DNA from: Mobula hypostoma
Lineage: Eukaryota
Length of the DNA stretch: 64,000 bases
Direction: 5' to 3'
Assembly: GCF_963921235.1 (NCBI RefSeq)
Contig: NC_086108.1
Coordinates: 65,784,001 to 65,848,000, forward strand
Shown: positions 11,597 to 25,084 of the stretch, piece after piece
Numbering within the stretch: position 1 is the stretch's first letter
How the letters are laid out: each line of letters opens with the position of its first letter
Translations under genes and position numbers: made by a program
The notes under the pieces: generated by a model
What the model was told of the DNA's origin: nothing
The model's input: only the letters and a program-made list of their open reading frames with translations
Databases searched by the model: none

Positions 11597-13693
11597 ATAG
11601 AAACATAGAAACATAGAAAATAGGTGCAGGAGTAGGCCATTCGGCCCTTCGAGCCTGCACCGCCATTTATTATGATCATGGCTGATCATCCAACTCAGAA
11701 CCCCGCCCCAGCCTTCCCTCCATACCCTCTGACCCCTGCAGCCACAAGGGCCATATCTAACTCCCTCTTAAACATAGCCAATGAACTGGCCTCAACAGTT
11801 TGCTGTGGCAGAGAATTCCACAGATTCACCACTCTCTGTGTGAAGAAGTTTTTCCTAATCTCGGTCCTAAAAGGCTTCCCCTCTATCCTCAAACTGTGAC
11901 CCCTCATTCTGGACTTCCCCAACATCGGGAACAATCTTCCTGCATCTAGCCTGTCCAATCCCTTTAGGATCTTATACGTTTCAATCAGATCCCCCCTCAA
12001 TCTTCTAAATTCCAACGAGTACAAGCCCAGTTCATCCAGTCTTTCTTCATATGAAAGACCTGCCATCCCAGGAATCAATCTGGTGAACCTTCTTTGTACT
12101 CCCTCTATGGCAAAGATGTCTTTCCTCAGATTAGGGGACCAAAACTGCACACAATACTCCAGGTGTGGTCTCACCAAGGCCTTGTACAACTGCAGTAGTA
12201 CCTCCCTGCTCCTGTACTCGAATCCTCTCGCTATAAATGCCAGCATACCGTTCGCCTTTTTCACCGCCTGCTGTACCTGCATGCCCACTTTCAATGACTG
12301 GTGTATAATGACACCCAGGTCTTGTTGCACCTCCCCTTTTCCTAATCGGCCACCATTCAGATAATAATCTGTTTTCCTATTTTTGCCACCAAAGTGGATA
12401 ACTTCACATTTATCCACATTAAATTGCATCTGCCATGAGTTTGCCCACTCACCCAACCTATCCAAGTCACCCTGCATCCTCTTAGCATCCTCCTCACTGC
12501 TAACACTGCCACCCAGCTTCGTGTCATCCGCAAACTTGGAGATGCTGCATTTAATTCCCTCATCCAAGTCATTAATATATATTGTAAACAACTGGGGTCC
12601 CAGCACTGAGCCTTGCGGTACCCCACTAGTCACCGCCTGCCATTCTGAAAAGGTCCCGTTTATTCCCACTCTTTGCTTCCTGTCTGCTAACCAATTCTCC
12701 ACCCACACCAATACCTTACCCCCAATACCGTGTGCTTTAAGTTTGCACACTAATCTCCTATGTGGGACCTTGTCAAAAGCCTTTTGAAAATCCAAATATA
12801 CCACATCCACTGGTTCTCCCCTATCCACTCTACTAGTTACATCCTCAGAAAATTCTATGAGATTCGTCAGACATGATTTTCCTTTCACAAATCCATGCTG
12901 ACTTTGTCCGATCATTTCACCGCTTTCCAAATGTGCTGTTATCACATCCTTGATAACTGACTCCAGCAGTTTCCCCACCACCGACGTTAGGCTAACCGGC
13001 CTATAATTCCCCGGTTTCTCTCTCCCTCCTTTTTTAAAAAGTGGGGTTACATTAGCCACCCTCCAATCCTCAGGAACTAGTCCAGAATCTAACGAGTTTT
13101 GAAAAATTATCACTAATGCATCCACTATTTCTTGGGCCACTTCCTTAAGCACTCTGGGATGCAGACCATCTGGCCCTGGGGATTTATCTGCCTTCAATCC
13201 CTTCAATTTACCTAACACCACTTCCCTACTAACTTGTATTTCGCTCAGTTCCTCCATCTCACTGGACCCTCTGTCCCTTACTATTTCTGGAAGATTATTT
13301 ATGTCCTCCTTAGTGAAGACAGAACCAAAGTAATTATTCAATTGGTCTGCCATGTCCTTGCTCCCCATAATCAATTCACCTGTTTCTGTCTGCAGGGGAC
13401 CTACATTTGTCTTTACCAGTCTTTTCCTTTTTACATATCTATAAAAGCTTTTACAGTCCGTTTTTATGTTCTCTGCCAGTTTTCTCTCATAATCTTTTTT
13501 CCCCTTCCTAATTAAGCCCTTTGTCCTCCTCTGCTGAACTCTGAATTTCTCCCAGTCCTCAGGTGAGCCACTTTCTCTGGCTAATTTGTATGCTTCTTCT
13601 TTGGAATTGATACTATCCCTAATTTCTCTTGTCAGCCACGGGTGCACTACCTTCCTTGATTTATTCTTTTGCCAATCTGGGATGAACAATTGT
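11597..13693 (-). mobile_element. Young CR1/HER1-type LINE, 5'-truncated, with an uninterrupted RT frame
   Basis: 664-aa ORF 11695-13689 with KSPGPDGLHPRVLKE, YLDFQKAFDKVPH, GVPQGSVLGP and KFADDTK. 3' stem-loop and (GAAACATA)n tail. Confidence 0.98.
11695..13689 (-). pseudogene. CR1 ORF2 fragment (RT domain intact, endonuclease absent)
   Basis: ORF track shows complete RT motifs. The 5' truncation removes the APE endonuclease domain. Confidence 0.9.
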
Positions 13694-15099
13694 TATAGGG
13701 CTTGTCTGTGGATTTACTACATGCATCAAGTTTCCTAGGATTCAGTGTGAATGCTGAACTTGTTCAAGGAAGCTCTGAGCGCATCCTGCAATCTATTTCT
13801 CTTATTTCCTAGTAATCATCTTCCACAGCGGAGACTGGAGTAAAGGATAGTTTTTGGAGATTGATATTGGACATTGTGAACAACATGGCCTGCTCAGACA
13901 GCCTCATGAAATTGACTGGTTACTGCAGGGATGTTGGACTGGAAAATAATACTGACAATATTTGCATTTTTTTCCAGTGAACTTGGAGGACTTTGTGGAG
14001 ACATCAGTATGTCCAAGCAGTTTTATGTAATTCAAGGTTACTTAAAGCACCTTGCTAATTATTTTTGTTTGTCTATCTTGAACATAAAAGGTATTTTCTT
14101 GCAAAATTGCCTACCTTTTAAATTCTAAAAATATGAAATTCAGAGCTTATCAAAATCTCTCTGTACTGGTTGTTTTATTGGTCATAGGCTGTCTTAGCTA
14201 GTTGATAAAAAATAGTAAATTCCCTTTGAGAGACTAAGGAGATTCTGTTTCTGTCATCATTATCCCTTCTTAGAAACTAGAAGCAGTACTTTGCTCTTCA
14301 ATAACTTTTATCTTTAGCTATAAATTTGTGAAAATTAATATTCTACATTTTATGGTTTTCATCTCTTCAATTTAATCACTTTATGTAAAACAATGCAAAA
14401 AGTAGTACTTAAGGTATATGCAATGAAGCTGCAGGGGTTATAGTAATATGCTCCAACAAGTATGCCGAAATACAGATACAATAACTCACTTAATTCAATA
14501 AAACCATGAGCTGATCGGTATTTTCAAAGAAAATTACAGGAAGTCAAAGAATATCTACATTCCCTAAGGACTCTGAAGGACTGATATTATTTGAATCTGC
14601 ATCAGTAGCTGGATTTAAGAAGTTATTCTTAACCATTCTGATGTGTTGCTTGCAATAAAGATTAAAAATAACCTAACTGCCCAACTTCTATGGGTATCCT
14701 TTTGACTTTAATCTGAAAACGTTTTGCATCCTGGAAATGTTCAATGCCTTTGCTGCACCTAGAGAAGTCAAAACATAGAGATCTTTAAGTTATGAGAAAC
14801 AAACTTCACAACATTGCTATTTTAATTTCTGGATCTTCCCCGAGATCCTCATCAGGAATCTGGAGCTTCTCTTACGTTCTGCATGTAAAGCTTCAGTCCT
14901 CAGCTCAGTATAGGCTGCAGACCACTGCAATGCTTTCAATTTAACTTTTGGCTCTTCTTCCCCTTGAACTTGAGCAGTTGATGGGTGCACAGCATCAAAA
15001 AACAAACTTTTTTTTCCCCGAGCCATAATTTCTAAGGGCTTCTATTATGTTCATGTAGACAGCATTAAATCTCGTTCTAATAATCTGAGTACCTCACCA

Positions 15100-15212
15100 G
15101 ACCATAAGACATAGGAGCAGAATTAGGTCATTCAGCCCATCGAGTCTGCTCCGCCGTTCTATTATGGCTGATCCTGGATCACACTCAATCCTATACACCT
15201 GTCTTCTCGCCA
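15100..15212 (-). mobile_element. CR1 3'UTR/tail fragment
   Basis: ACCATAAGACATAGGAGCAGAATTAGGTCATTCAGCCC...ATGGCTGATC resembles the CR1 3' stem-loop. Confidence 0.75.
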
Positions 15213-15499
15213 TGTCTGTTTCAGAAGATCAGCATTTGGACATGATTAAGGATTTTTTGCACTACTTGAAGAAGGAGTCTATTTCAAATTTCAGGATGCC
15301 CCAAATAAAGGAATAAAGAGCAAAATATAATATATAAATAATATTGTTTATTTGAGATTCAAAGTCTTCAGAGGCTGATGGGTCAAAATGCTGGGTGAAA
15401 CTTCTTCCAATATTAACTACAAATCAATAAAACATACATAAAGAAATTTTTCCTCTCCAAATGTTCCACTGAAATATTGCCCCTCTTTTGAGGTAAGAA

Positions 15500-15830
15500 A
15501 AGCTGTAGTCAATGTGCACAGACCAAGCCCATGTTGAGCAAAGTGATTTTAAAAAAAGCACAGATAATCTGTTTTGGTAATGTTGAGTGTGGGAATTTTA
15601 AAAATTAGACAATTCCTCTGCTGTTCTTCAAAACTGGGCATGGATCGTTTACATCCACCCGAGAGAGCAAAGAGTGTCTTTGTTTAATGTCTCATCCAGA
15701 ACTTCCTACCCCTGGCAGTGCAGCAATCTCTTAGTGCTAATCTGGAGTGTCAGCCTAAACCTCCATGTTCTCATTCTAAACTTGAGCTAGATAAACCAAA
15801 TGAACTCTTGGTTTCCGAGAGCCTCGCTTA
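15500..15830 (-). mobile_element. Ancient Deu-domain SINE (SacSINE1/AmnSINE1-like)
   Basis: TTTACATCCACCCGAGAGAGCA...GTTTAATGTCTCATCC...CAGTGCAGCA...CTGGAGTGTCAGCCTA matches the reverse complement of the Deu-SINE core as recalled. Confidence 0.6.
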
Positions 15831-16950
15831 CTGGTGAATTTAATTAATGTTTGTCTCTAAAGCTGTTATGAATACTAATAAGCTGCTAAAATTCATCATT
15901 CCCACCTGTTGTTTTAAATTAAGTATTCTTCAATACTTATTGCAGCTGGTTTTTGAGATAAGGTGCAAATTCCCTTGTGTGAACGCAAATGGCTTTATTT
16001 GACAATTAATGTCACTGTACATGCAGAATTGGCAAGGTTTAGAAATAAAATAAAGAGTGGGGTCAGAATGATGTATTATACTTCATTTGACATGCAGGAA
16101 TTTTGTATCCCTAGTCAACAATCCTGTAGCTGGCAATTGTTAACACAAAGAACTTTCACAAAAAATGGATGGATGAAGGCACGAAGTTAAAATGATCTAA
16201 AGCACACTATAAGGAATACTTCTGAGTTGCCAATACTGCCAGTGAATGAATCACCTTTAACCTTACAGTCGTCATTTTTAGGGCTGATAATGCTAAGTTA
16301 GAGAGCAAAACAACATGAGGTGCAATTCACGTTAATTGTAGAGAGATTTTAATGATAGAGGTGGAGTTATACCAGGTGCATGGTGCTGAATGACAGATAG
16401 CTGTCATGTCAAAGTAGCAAAGTGACATCAAAAGATGCCCTCGCTGGAAATGGTTCACGTTTCTCTGTTCAAAAATTTCTCATGCTTATTGTTAACCTAT
16501 TTCATCTAAATTTCTTTCTATTTGTCTGCTAACCGAAAATTGCAGAACCTCGCATTTGCACATAATAAGCAATTTGACAGACGTTATAGTTACACAACGT
16601 AGAGTAAACCCTTATATTTCACCATTCACCAAAACTTTTACATTATGGATTTTGTAACTTGAAATTGTGGGATGAAATATATTTGTGAAAAAGGTGTTGT
16701 AAGCTTTCTTTTAATTATAGTGACACAGCTTTGGTAATGTTCTAGTCCGTTGTGTGGAAATAAAGAAGTTATATCATTCTTACTGATAAACCAGTATGTT
16801 GCTGAAATGCTGGCTCTCAGTGAGAGGATATTCATTTTCTGATCTAGGCTACATGAGCTGTGGCAATGCTAAGTCTGCCTGTGCTCTTTCTAATTGGAGG
16901 AAAGGTGAATTCCTCTAGGTAATCGGGCCGGACAACAATTCATGATGATT

Positions 16951-17132
16951 CAAACAACAGGAATTCTGCAGATGCTGGAAATTCAAGCAACACACATCAA
17001 AGTTGCTGGTGAACGCAGCAGGCCAGGCAGGACTAACTTAGTCCTGACGAAGGGTCTCGGCCTGAAACGTCGACTGCACCTCTTCCTACAGATGCTGCGT
17101 GGCCTGCTGCGTTCACCAGCAACTTTGATGTG
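16951..17132. mobile_element. Penelope-type insert with two inverted pLTR arms and a perfect 14-bp TSD
   Basis: AATTCATGATGATT at 16937-16950 and 17133-17146. Arm CACATCAAAGTTGCTGGTGAACGCAGCAGGCCA and its reverse complement. Confidence 0.88.
17040..17075 (+). ncRNA. Minimal type-I hammerhead ribozyme motif
   Basis: AGTCCTGACGAAGGGTCTCGGCCTGAAACGTCGACT, identical to 3107-3142. Confidence 0.8.
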
Positions 17133-17349
17133 AATTCATGATGATTAGAAGTTTTGTATAGGGGACGTTGGTCAATGTCACTTCTAAGCCACTTTGGCAG
17201 TTGAAGAGACTATTGACAATCAATCTATGAATGAATGAAACAAAAGAGAATTCATTATAATGGGTTTCATCTTTTCTAAAAAGAAATACTTCTGGACAGC
17301 AGTGTGAGGATATTTGATTTTGGAGCAATTACCTTAAGATAATATTCAT

Positions 17350-17725
17350 TTTGGGTTTATTATTAGTATCACATGTACCGAGATATAGTGAAAAGCTTCT
17401 CTTGCATACTGTTTACACAGATCAAATCATTACACCATACATTGACCTTTGAGATAAACAATAACAATGCAGAATAAAGTATAAAAGCTAGCAAAAAAGT
17501 GCAGTGCAGATAAACACTAAAGTGCAAGATCATAAGGAGGTAGATTGTGAGGCCAAGAGAGCATCTTATCATACTGTTTAAGAGTCTGATAACAGTGGGA
17601 TAAAAGCTGCCCTTGAGCCTGGCAGTATGTGCTTTCAAGCTTTTGTATCTTCTGCCCAATAGGAGAGAGGAGTAGAGAGAATATACAAGTTGGGTATATA
17701 GGTCTTACAGGTTTACTGAGACAGG
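17350..17725 (-). mobile_element. Rex/Babar LINE 3' fragment
   Basis: GRRYKSLKAHTARLKGSFYPTVIRLLN is the typical Rex ORF C-terminus. Confidence 0.85.
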
Positions 17726-18699
17726 GTTAAGTATAGATAGAATTCATATCAATCATATTCAGGAAACAAAATGGTCCCTGAGCTTCTTGGCCTATCACCT
17801 ATACATCTGCAAGTGACCACTGTTCCTATCAATACTCATTGAACTGTGAATATTAAATAATAAGAATAGGAAGATGCATAAAATTAAAATTATCATATAT
17901 CAGCAAAGAACTTGGTGAACATTGTCACATTTTCTCATTTACAATCAGTGGCCATTTTTTTTAAGGTTTCACCTGCTGTCCAAAATTATTGGTACTTCGG
18001 TGCTTTTCATGTCAATAAATACCTTTTCTCTAACATGTTTCTGAAAGAATATTTTAAAGACACTATTCATTTCAGTTATTATACTCACACAGATGTTTTT
18101 CAGTCTGAGTAGTGCTCTCTGGGATAAAAGATATTTCTGGCATATTTGCATATTACCTAGCTAATCTGAAGGAAACCAAAGAGAAAATAGTCTTTAAGGT
18201 AGCTGTTTAATTAATTAATAGTGGAGATATTTCCATACAGGAGTGATTAGAACAACAGTGAAACTGTAAAAGTAGGTTGACTACTCATGTATGACCTGAG
18301 GCATTGACTGTCAATGTAATTATTACAGTGCTTTTGATTATCTAGCATTCTCTGTGGGAAAGTCTTGCATTGTTCTTTCATGTTTGTACATATTCTTCAT
18401 TTTCTAAATTATGGTTGCTGCTAATAATTGAACGGATAGACAAATTATGATTTTTGCCCTCATTTAATAGTGATGACTTACTTAGGTATAAGTTAGCTAA
18501 ATGTGAATCAAAGCTGCAAAGAAGTAGAAAGGCTTAATTCCCAGTTTGTTGCCTAAGTGGATCTAGCTCAATTTAAATGGGTCTCAGTAGGACTCTTTTT
18601 GACTTTTGAATTCACTGTTCTTTAGTGTCCTTCGTTACAGAGCGGTTATGAATTTATATCACCTGCATTGTGTTAATGAACTGTTGAGGTCAAATAAAT

Positions 18700-19310
18700 G
18701 GGTTGATCAGCCTTGAAGGCAGGCACTTCTTCATACCTGGCCACTGCAGTCACTTGCAAACCAAAGGGGATTTGTGGTGGCGATTGTTCTGTCACAATCC
18801 GCGTGATTGCTTAGGGATATAGAGCAGTACAACGGTTCCGTCATCTCCTGCAGGACAAATTTCAAATCTACATTGTTGGGGCTCTTGGTGCCACTAGGTA
18901 GGAATGGAACTATGGAACTGAATGAGCCTGTCATATGTCCTGATCATTTCTAATATATTGGGTCCTCTTCCACCAAATGAAAGATATTCTTATATGGGTC
19001 TACCTTCTCTACCTTGTGGCCCTATATCTCAATAGAGGGTGAAATCTGCAAGTAATCCTTCCTCTGTCATTAGTCCATCATTATCAATATCCGTCACATT
19101 AGCTGAGGATGAGATTTGGCTGATTGTGATTACTAAAAGAAGTCTATACCTTGCATCCAACAACATTCCCTTTTCAGGTGAAAGGTGGACACTTCCGTCC
19201 ATCAGCAAAATGATTTGTTTTAGAGCCAGTTTTGAGACTACATCCTCATTGATGAGAACAATGATCCCTGTCCATTTATCACATCTGGATTGGTCATTTA
19301 GAATTTAGGA
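18700..19310 (-). mobile_element. Highly decayed RTE-like LINE RT remnant (tentative)
   Basis: Hand translation gives IIVLINED...VHLSPEK...DIDNDG...K*LQWPGM, in the same order as RTE motifs ADDIVL / GLxINxKK / ISNDG / RQLRWAGH. Many stops. Confidence 0.35.
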
Positions 19311-19569
19311 TCTAAATGTATGTGTAAATATAAATCAGTACATAACTGTGCATAGGGCACTTTCATAACCATTTTGTCAATTGCACTAGAATATGTGACG
19401 ACAGGTTGGTAAAATCATCAGTTATATTAATTGAGTATTGGATTTTATAACAACATGCATAGATTATAAAAATAAATTGTAAATGATAAATTTGTACAAA
19501 AAATTTATTAGGCCTCATTAATAGAGTGGGCAACTCCAGGTAGTTCAATATAAGGAAAGCATTAATGTT

Positions 19570-20074
19570 TGTAGCAGTTACTTGAAAACAAACCAAAGCT
19601 GCTGGGAGACTATTCGACACTGTATGACACACTTCCAAATAACAAATTTCCAAATCAAAAAAGGTACACTTGATCCTTTATTACAAAGTCACCAAAGACA
19701 AACATCTTGTATTGGTAAAAAATGAACAAACCTAAATTAGCGATTTTAGCGTTCAAATCAGCGTAACTAAGCATTCTAATTAGCACTATAACTAAGCGTT
19801 ATTAGTGAATGAACTAAATTAGCATATTTAAGCGAAGTTACCATATCAGTGAGTGGTCAAACTAATTTAGTGTTCCAATTAGCAATCGAATAGCAGTCAA
19901 CAAAATAAATATAATTCCTGTACCTCACCCCACTCCACTACTAACTAACTGATGTAAAGAGTGAATATGTAACTATATTCATTTGCTACTACATGCTCAA
20001 CTCACATGTCAGATTACTATAAAAATGCACCACAAAATGCAAAACAAACAGAAAATAGATACATGGCTCCTACG
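19570..20074 (-). repeat. 3' LTR of the BEL/Pao element
   Basis: GAAAATAGATACATGGCTCCTAC shared with 26388-26409. AATAAA on the minus strand near 19680 and internal CTAA(A)TTAG repeats. Confidence 0.8.
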
Positions 20075-23000
20075 TCACAGTTCTTTAATTATTACACTAT
20101 AGTAACTACAACTACATACTACAAACACAATATCTCCAAGGAGGAAATTGCGCCTTAACCCTGACCACTTCTGACATTCCTGTAACTGTGATAAATATTC
20201 CTTGACCGACCCACCATTTCCAAAACAAGTTTGACATGTCTTTCTTTTGGAACTTTCCTGGTGGTAAGGATGGTGAGGTCTTCTGAAGCAACAGATGGTT
20301 GGGTGTTAGTGCTTCCAAATCATTGGGATTGGAGGATGCTTTAGTAATTGGACAACCATTGATAATAGCCTCTACTTCACAAGGGACTGTGTGGAAACCA
20401 TCTTCATAAAGATTTTGTACCTCCATGGTGGAACTAAGGACCTTTTGCATAGACCTGATCAATCTCTCCCATGTTCCTCCGTGATGTGAACAGGACAGAG
20501 GGCTAAAAATCCACTTAAATCCTTTTTGAAGAAGGACACCACTGATCTGTGAATGATTCTACTTCTCAATGGCGTCTCGCAACTCATATTTAGCTCCAAC
20601 AAAGTTTGTTGCATTATCAGAGCGCAGTTCATGAACTTGTCCTCGTCTTGCTATAAAACGTCGAGGTGTATTAACAAAGGAATCTGTGTCTAAAGAAGAT
20701 GCTATTTCAATGTGAACAGATTGTGTATCTAGACAGATAAATATGACCCCAAACTTCTTCACTTGCTCTCCTTCTGCTCTTCATCTCAAAAGGACCAAAG
20801 TAGTTCACTCCTACGTGTGTAAACGTAAGTTCTTCTGGAGGGACTCTGTCCAGAAGCAGATCTGTCATGTGCTGGCATCCTGTGTGCAACCATTGACAAA
20901 CACCACCCTTATATAGGATTCTTCTTACAGCTGAACTAGCACTGGGAATCTTGTATTTTTGGTGCAACTTTTGGTTACAGCCACCATGTACAACCTCTTG
21001 ATGGACATACCTCAGAATGAGGTCTGAGATATGAAGATCCTTTGCCAGTATAGCAGAAAGTTCAGACTCTTCAGGCATGGCTGCCCTACTAAACCACCCA
21101 CCAACTCTCAATACACCATTTTTCAAGTACTGCACTGAGTTTGAAAATAAGGCCATTCCTTTCTACACTTTCTCCTGTTTACAAATGAGAATTCATCTGG
21201 AAATCTCTTTATTTGGCAAAACCCAATGATCTCTGTTTCAGCCTTTCTGAGCTCCTCCACTAGGAGCCAATATCGGCTGATCCGACCTTTGGCCTTCTCA
21301 GTCACTCTCTCTCCAAAGCATATCCTTGTTTTTCTGCATCTAAGTCAGACTGAGCAAGAGTGATGTTCACTTGCTTCCTCTTCTGACTAAGAAAAAAAAC
21401 AGGTTCTTAGTTCTATGACTTCAGGCCACTGCCTTCCTCAAATAGGTCCAAGATGAGAAGTGATGGGTTATACATGTTATTGTGTCCAGTTTCTCTTCAA
21501 CCTACATTGCATTCATTGTAACTCTCCCCTTGAGCTCAGGAACATCTAGCAGAAGTTCTCCAGAGCAATTGGGATTCACAGGGTGAAGAAGATACTGAGG
21601 CCCTGACACCCATGTCTCTTTCTTCATCAATGCTTTGACCTTCAACCCTCTTGAGGCCTCATCCACCAGTTTGCTTGAAGTGTTTCCATACCTCCACTGA
21701 GATGCTTGTGAGACGTTAAGAGTTTCTGAAACTCTGTTTGCAACGAAGGTTTAGAACCTGGAAGTTTCATTCTTGATGTACTTCAGCACTGAAATACTAT
21801 CAATCCAAAACACTGAGTTATGAAGCTATATGTGCAGCCCCTTCCTCCTCAATGTGTCCATACGGTTGACATTGTAGCAGTGGGGAGCTCCATATGAGGG
21901 ACACAAGCTGACCTCAACAAAGCTACTCTAGATTTTCCCATGATAAAAGCACTGTGAATCCGAGAGTGTGTGTTGTGCAACAATAGGTAGGTCACTGCTC
22001 CATAGCCATCTTCATTTCTGTCTGTAAAGAAGTGTATCTGTGCAGCAGTAACTTCTCCAAAATACAGGGGTTTCAAACTTCTAAACAACCTTGAAGTCTT
22101 CCAACAGGCAGAGTTCTCTCAGTCAGCTTGTCCACTCATGAACAACTGATGTTGGTACAGTGTCATCCTAGACAAGCCCTTTCTTACAGAGATCATGTAG
22201 GATCTTATTATCCATTAGCACCACTGGACTTAAGATTCCTAAAGGATCATAGATTGAACTAGCTGGAGAGGATCTCCCTTCTGGTGAGTGATCTATCTTG
22301 GATCATGATCTTAAACTTAAATGTATCAGACCGCATGCACCATTGCACACTCAGTACTCTCTCCACTGAAGGTATATCTTGATCCAAATCCAAATCCTTC
22401 ATGCCCTTTGCTCTTTGCTCTTATGGCATCACAACAGATACCACGTTCGGTATCACAACATATGTATGTTGCTTATCCACTTTGTCAGTCAAAAGCTGCC
22501 TTTAGCACAAATGGATATAAGGTCATGATAGCGAGACACTGATTTCTCCTCAGAGGACACTGACACAAGGCAGTCATCAACATAGAAGCAATCCACAATC
22601 TGCCAGCTGAACTGTTCTTCATTATCTTCTGCATATTGCCTAAGAGCAAAGCTGGCAAAGCTCGGTGATGAAGTTGTTCCGGAGCGATGTACCGCCTTTC
22701 TAAAGTCCACCATATCTTGGCTGAGGTCACCATCAGACCACCAGAGATACCTCAGCAGATCTGTATCTTCTACTGGTGCTTAAACCTGATAAAGCTCTGA
22801 TTCAATATCCGCTGTGATCACCACTAGTTCTTTTTACAATCTGGTTATGACTCCAATCAGTGAGCTACTAAGATCTGGTCCCTGTAAACACTGAACATTA
22901 AGTGATATTCCCTGAAAAATAACTCCATAGTCAAACACAATACAAAGTTTCCCTTTTCTGGGGTGATAAACACCAGACTTGCCCATCACAGCATTTCAGA

Positions 23001-25084
23001 TCCTCTGTAGGCACTCTTTCGGCATAACCTTTAGAGATGACACCCTTTAGAGCACGCTGTTCAGCAACCTTCCTATTATTTAGCATGTTAACCTCCTTTC
23101 TCAAAGGTAAACCAATCTGGTAGTGGCCATCCACCAGTTTTGCAGAATTTGCAACCACCTCCATGAACTTGTGGTCTTCCCTTGACAAAGCGAGTTGTTC
23201 ATTTTGGGAAGTCTGTCTTAAACTGCTGCTGCCAAAGCTCGTTCAAGTTCAAAACTGAGATCTTATTAACTATCAGCTGTGGCTGTGCACAGTTTCTTCT
23301 ATCACCATTGTCTTCTTTCAGTGGTCCGTTCACAGTCCAACCCAACATTGTTCTAATTGCATAAGGCCCATTATTAACACTGCGAGTCACTTCCAATGGC
23401 TCCAATGCTTTAGGCACATTTATCCCTATCAGCATCTCAATTTCTGAATCAGTCTCTGGCAAATGGACATGTTTTAGGTGAAACCATCCCTGGAGATCCT
23501 TCTGATGTGGAATGTGGACCCTACGTGGACAAGCATACTTTCCTGCATATGGATGTTACATAGTTCACTATAGTTTTCACCATCTTAGCCAGCCACACCA
23601 ATCATGAAACAGGGTAGCTACTCACAATCTTTTCTTGACCCATGGTGCGTAAGATAATGCGTGTCCCTCTTCCTGTGAGATTGAGTTTGTTCATGAGGCT
23701 CACCGTGCAGAGCACAAAATGACACCTGTACCTGGCAAGAAGCCTGAAAAGAGTTTATGCAAAATAGAGGCAACCATTATAGCCGTCAACACTACTTTTA
23801 AAGCCCTCATGAATGCATGATACTGCAATAGATCTCCATCAAAGATTTGAATCTTTCTTTTAGGCAAAGATGAAATGCTTTGCTGTTGTACCAATAAGGT
23901 TGTTATTTCTTTTTGCTTCCTTATATCAATAATAATGGTTTGACATCTCTGTCTGAAACAAGAGTGTTTCCATGATGTACGTGAATGTTCCCATGAACCC
24001 TTTAGATATGACATATGTTCAGCATGCCTCATTAGTGCAGGCAGAGAGTGAATACCCTGAACTACCGCTTGGTGGTTTTGTACGTGCATTTCAAACGTTT
24101 GAGGAACAAATTAATCAACATTGACATTAAACGTTTGTTTATTTTTCTTTGTGCATTTTCAATATAGGAACTCACAGCAGAGGACTGTTCTGCTAGAGCA
24201 CTTTCACCATTCACCACACTTGAAGCCTTTAGCACATTAACTTTGGTCACTTGTGTGGCAATCTCTTCCTCCAACTCAAACTGTTTCTTCTTTTTCTGGA
24301 ACTGTTCCAAGAAGAAAAGCTCTTGCTCTTCCAGCGCATGTTTGTCTTTCAATAATCGTTGACATACCTGCTTCTTCAACCTCTGATTTGATGCATGTAG
24401 AGGAGGTATTAGGTACAGAAGATGCTCTGCTTGCAATAGAACTTGGAGCACTGCCATTTAACACACTGCCTTGTGGGTCTACCTCATCCTGTGTGTCCTC
24501 TGCTCTATGTGTAGTGAAAACATGCCCTGGAATTTGAGAAACATCATCTGATGGAAGGTGAGCCACATACTTACTTGTTGCAGCAACATGAACTTCAATA
24601 TAACATGTTTGGGTCGACTATTGTTTTGTATCTCCTATGACTGCATTGCAATAGTGACCAATGTTTGAAAACACTGGTTCTATTTTTCTTCTTCGGCCTT
24701 GGGAAATAATGAGATTAACATGTGATGTTGCTTAGCAACAGTTTCACAGAGATTAGTCAAGTCCTCAAGACAAGATTGAACTTGTAAGGCATTTTCTTTA
24801 ATTTTCATAAGTTCATTAATTGATGGTATTACACCTTTAAATTTGCTCACATTTGTTTCATACTTCTTTTGAAGACTTTCAATTGGATTAGTCTTAGCTT
24901 TAGCAGTAATTTCCCTTTTGTAAGCCCCAACAGCAGAGTCATTGGCACCAATTCCATGCTTCGATACACTCATGTTACTTTCTCTAGTTGCATAACTTAA
25001 AATTAACTGCTTGTTCACCTGCAGCACTGGCGATATTCTACTCAATAAACGTAGTCAACAAACAAATTGTCTGCACATCCACAG

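Noticed and set aside
12083..12787. Recurrent antisense ORFs (93 aa, 134 aa) in the CR1 copies
   Set aside because: They are shadow ORFs opposite ORF2 and recur only because the copies are near-identical.
14817..15026. 69-aa ATG ORF in unique sequence
   Set aside because: No recognisable domain or convincing splice context.
18731..18934. Exon-like minus ORF ending at a GTATGA donor-like site
   Set aside because: No recognisable host protein. The surrounding frames contain stops and RTE-like motifs.
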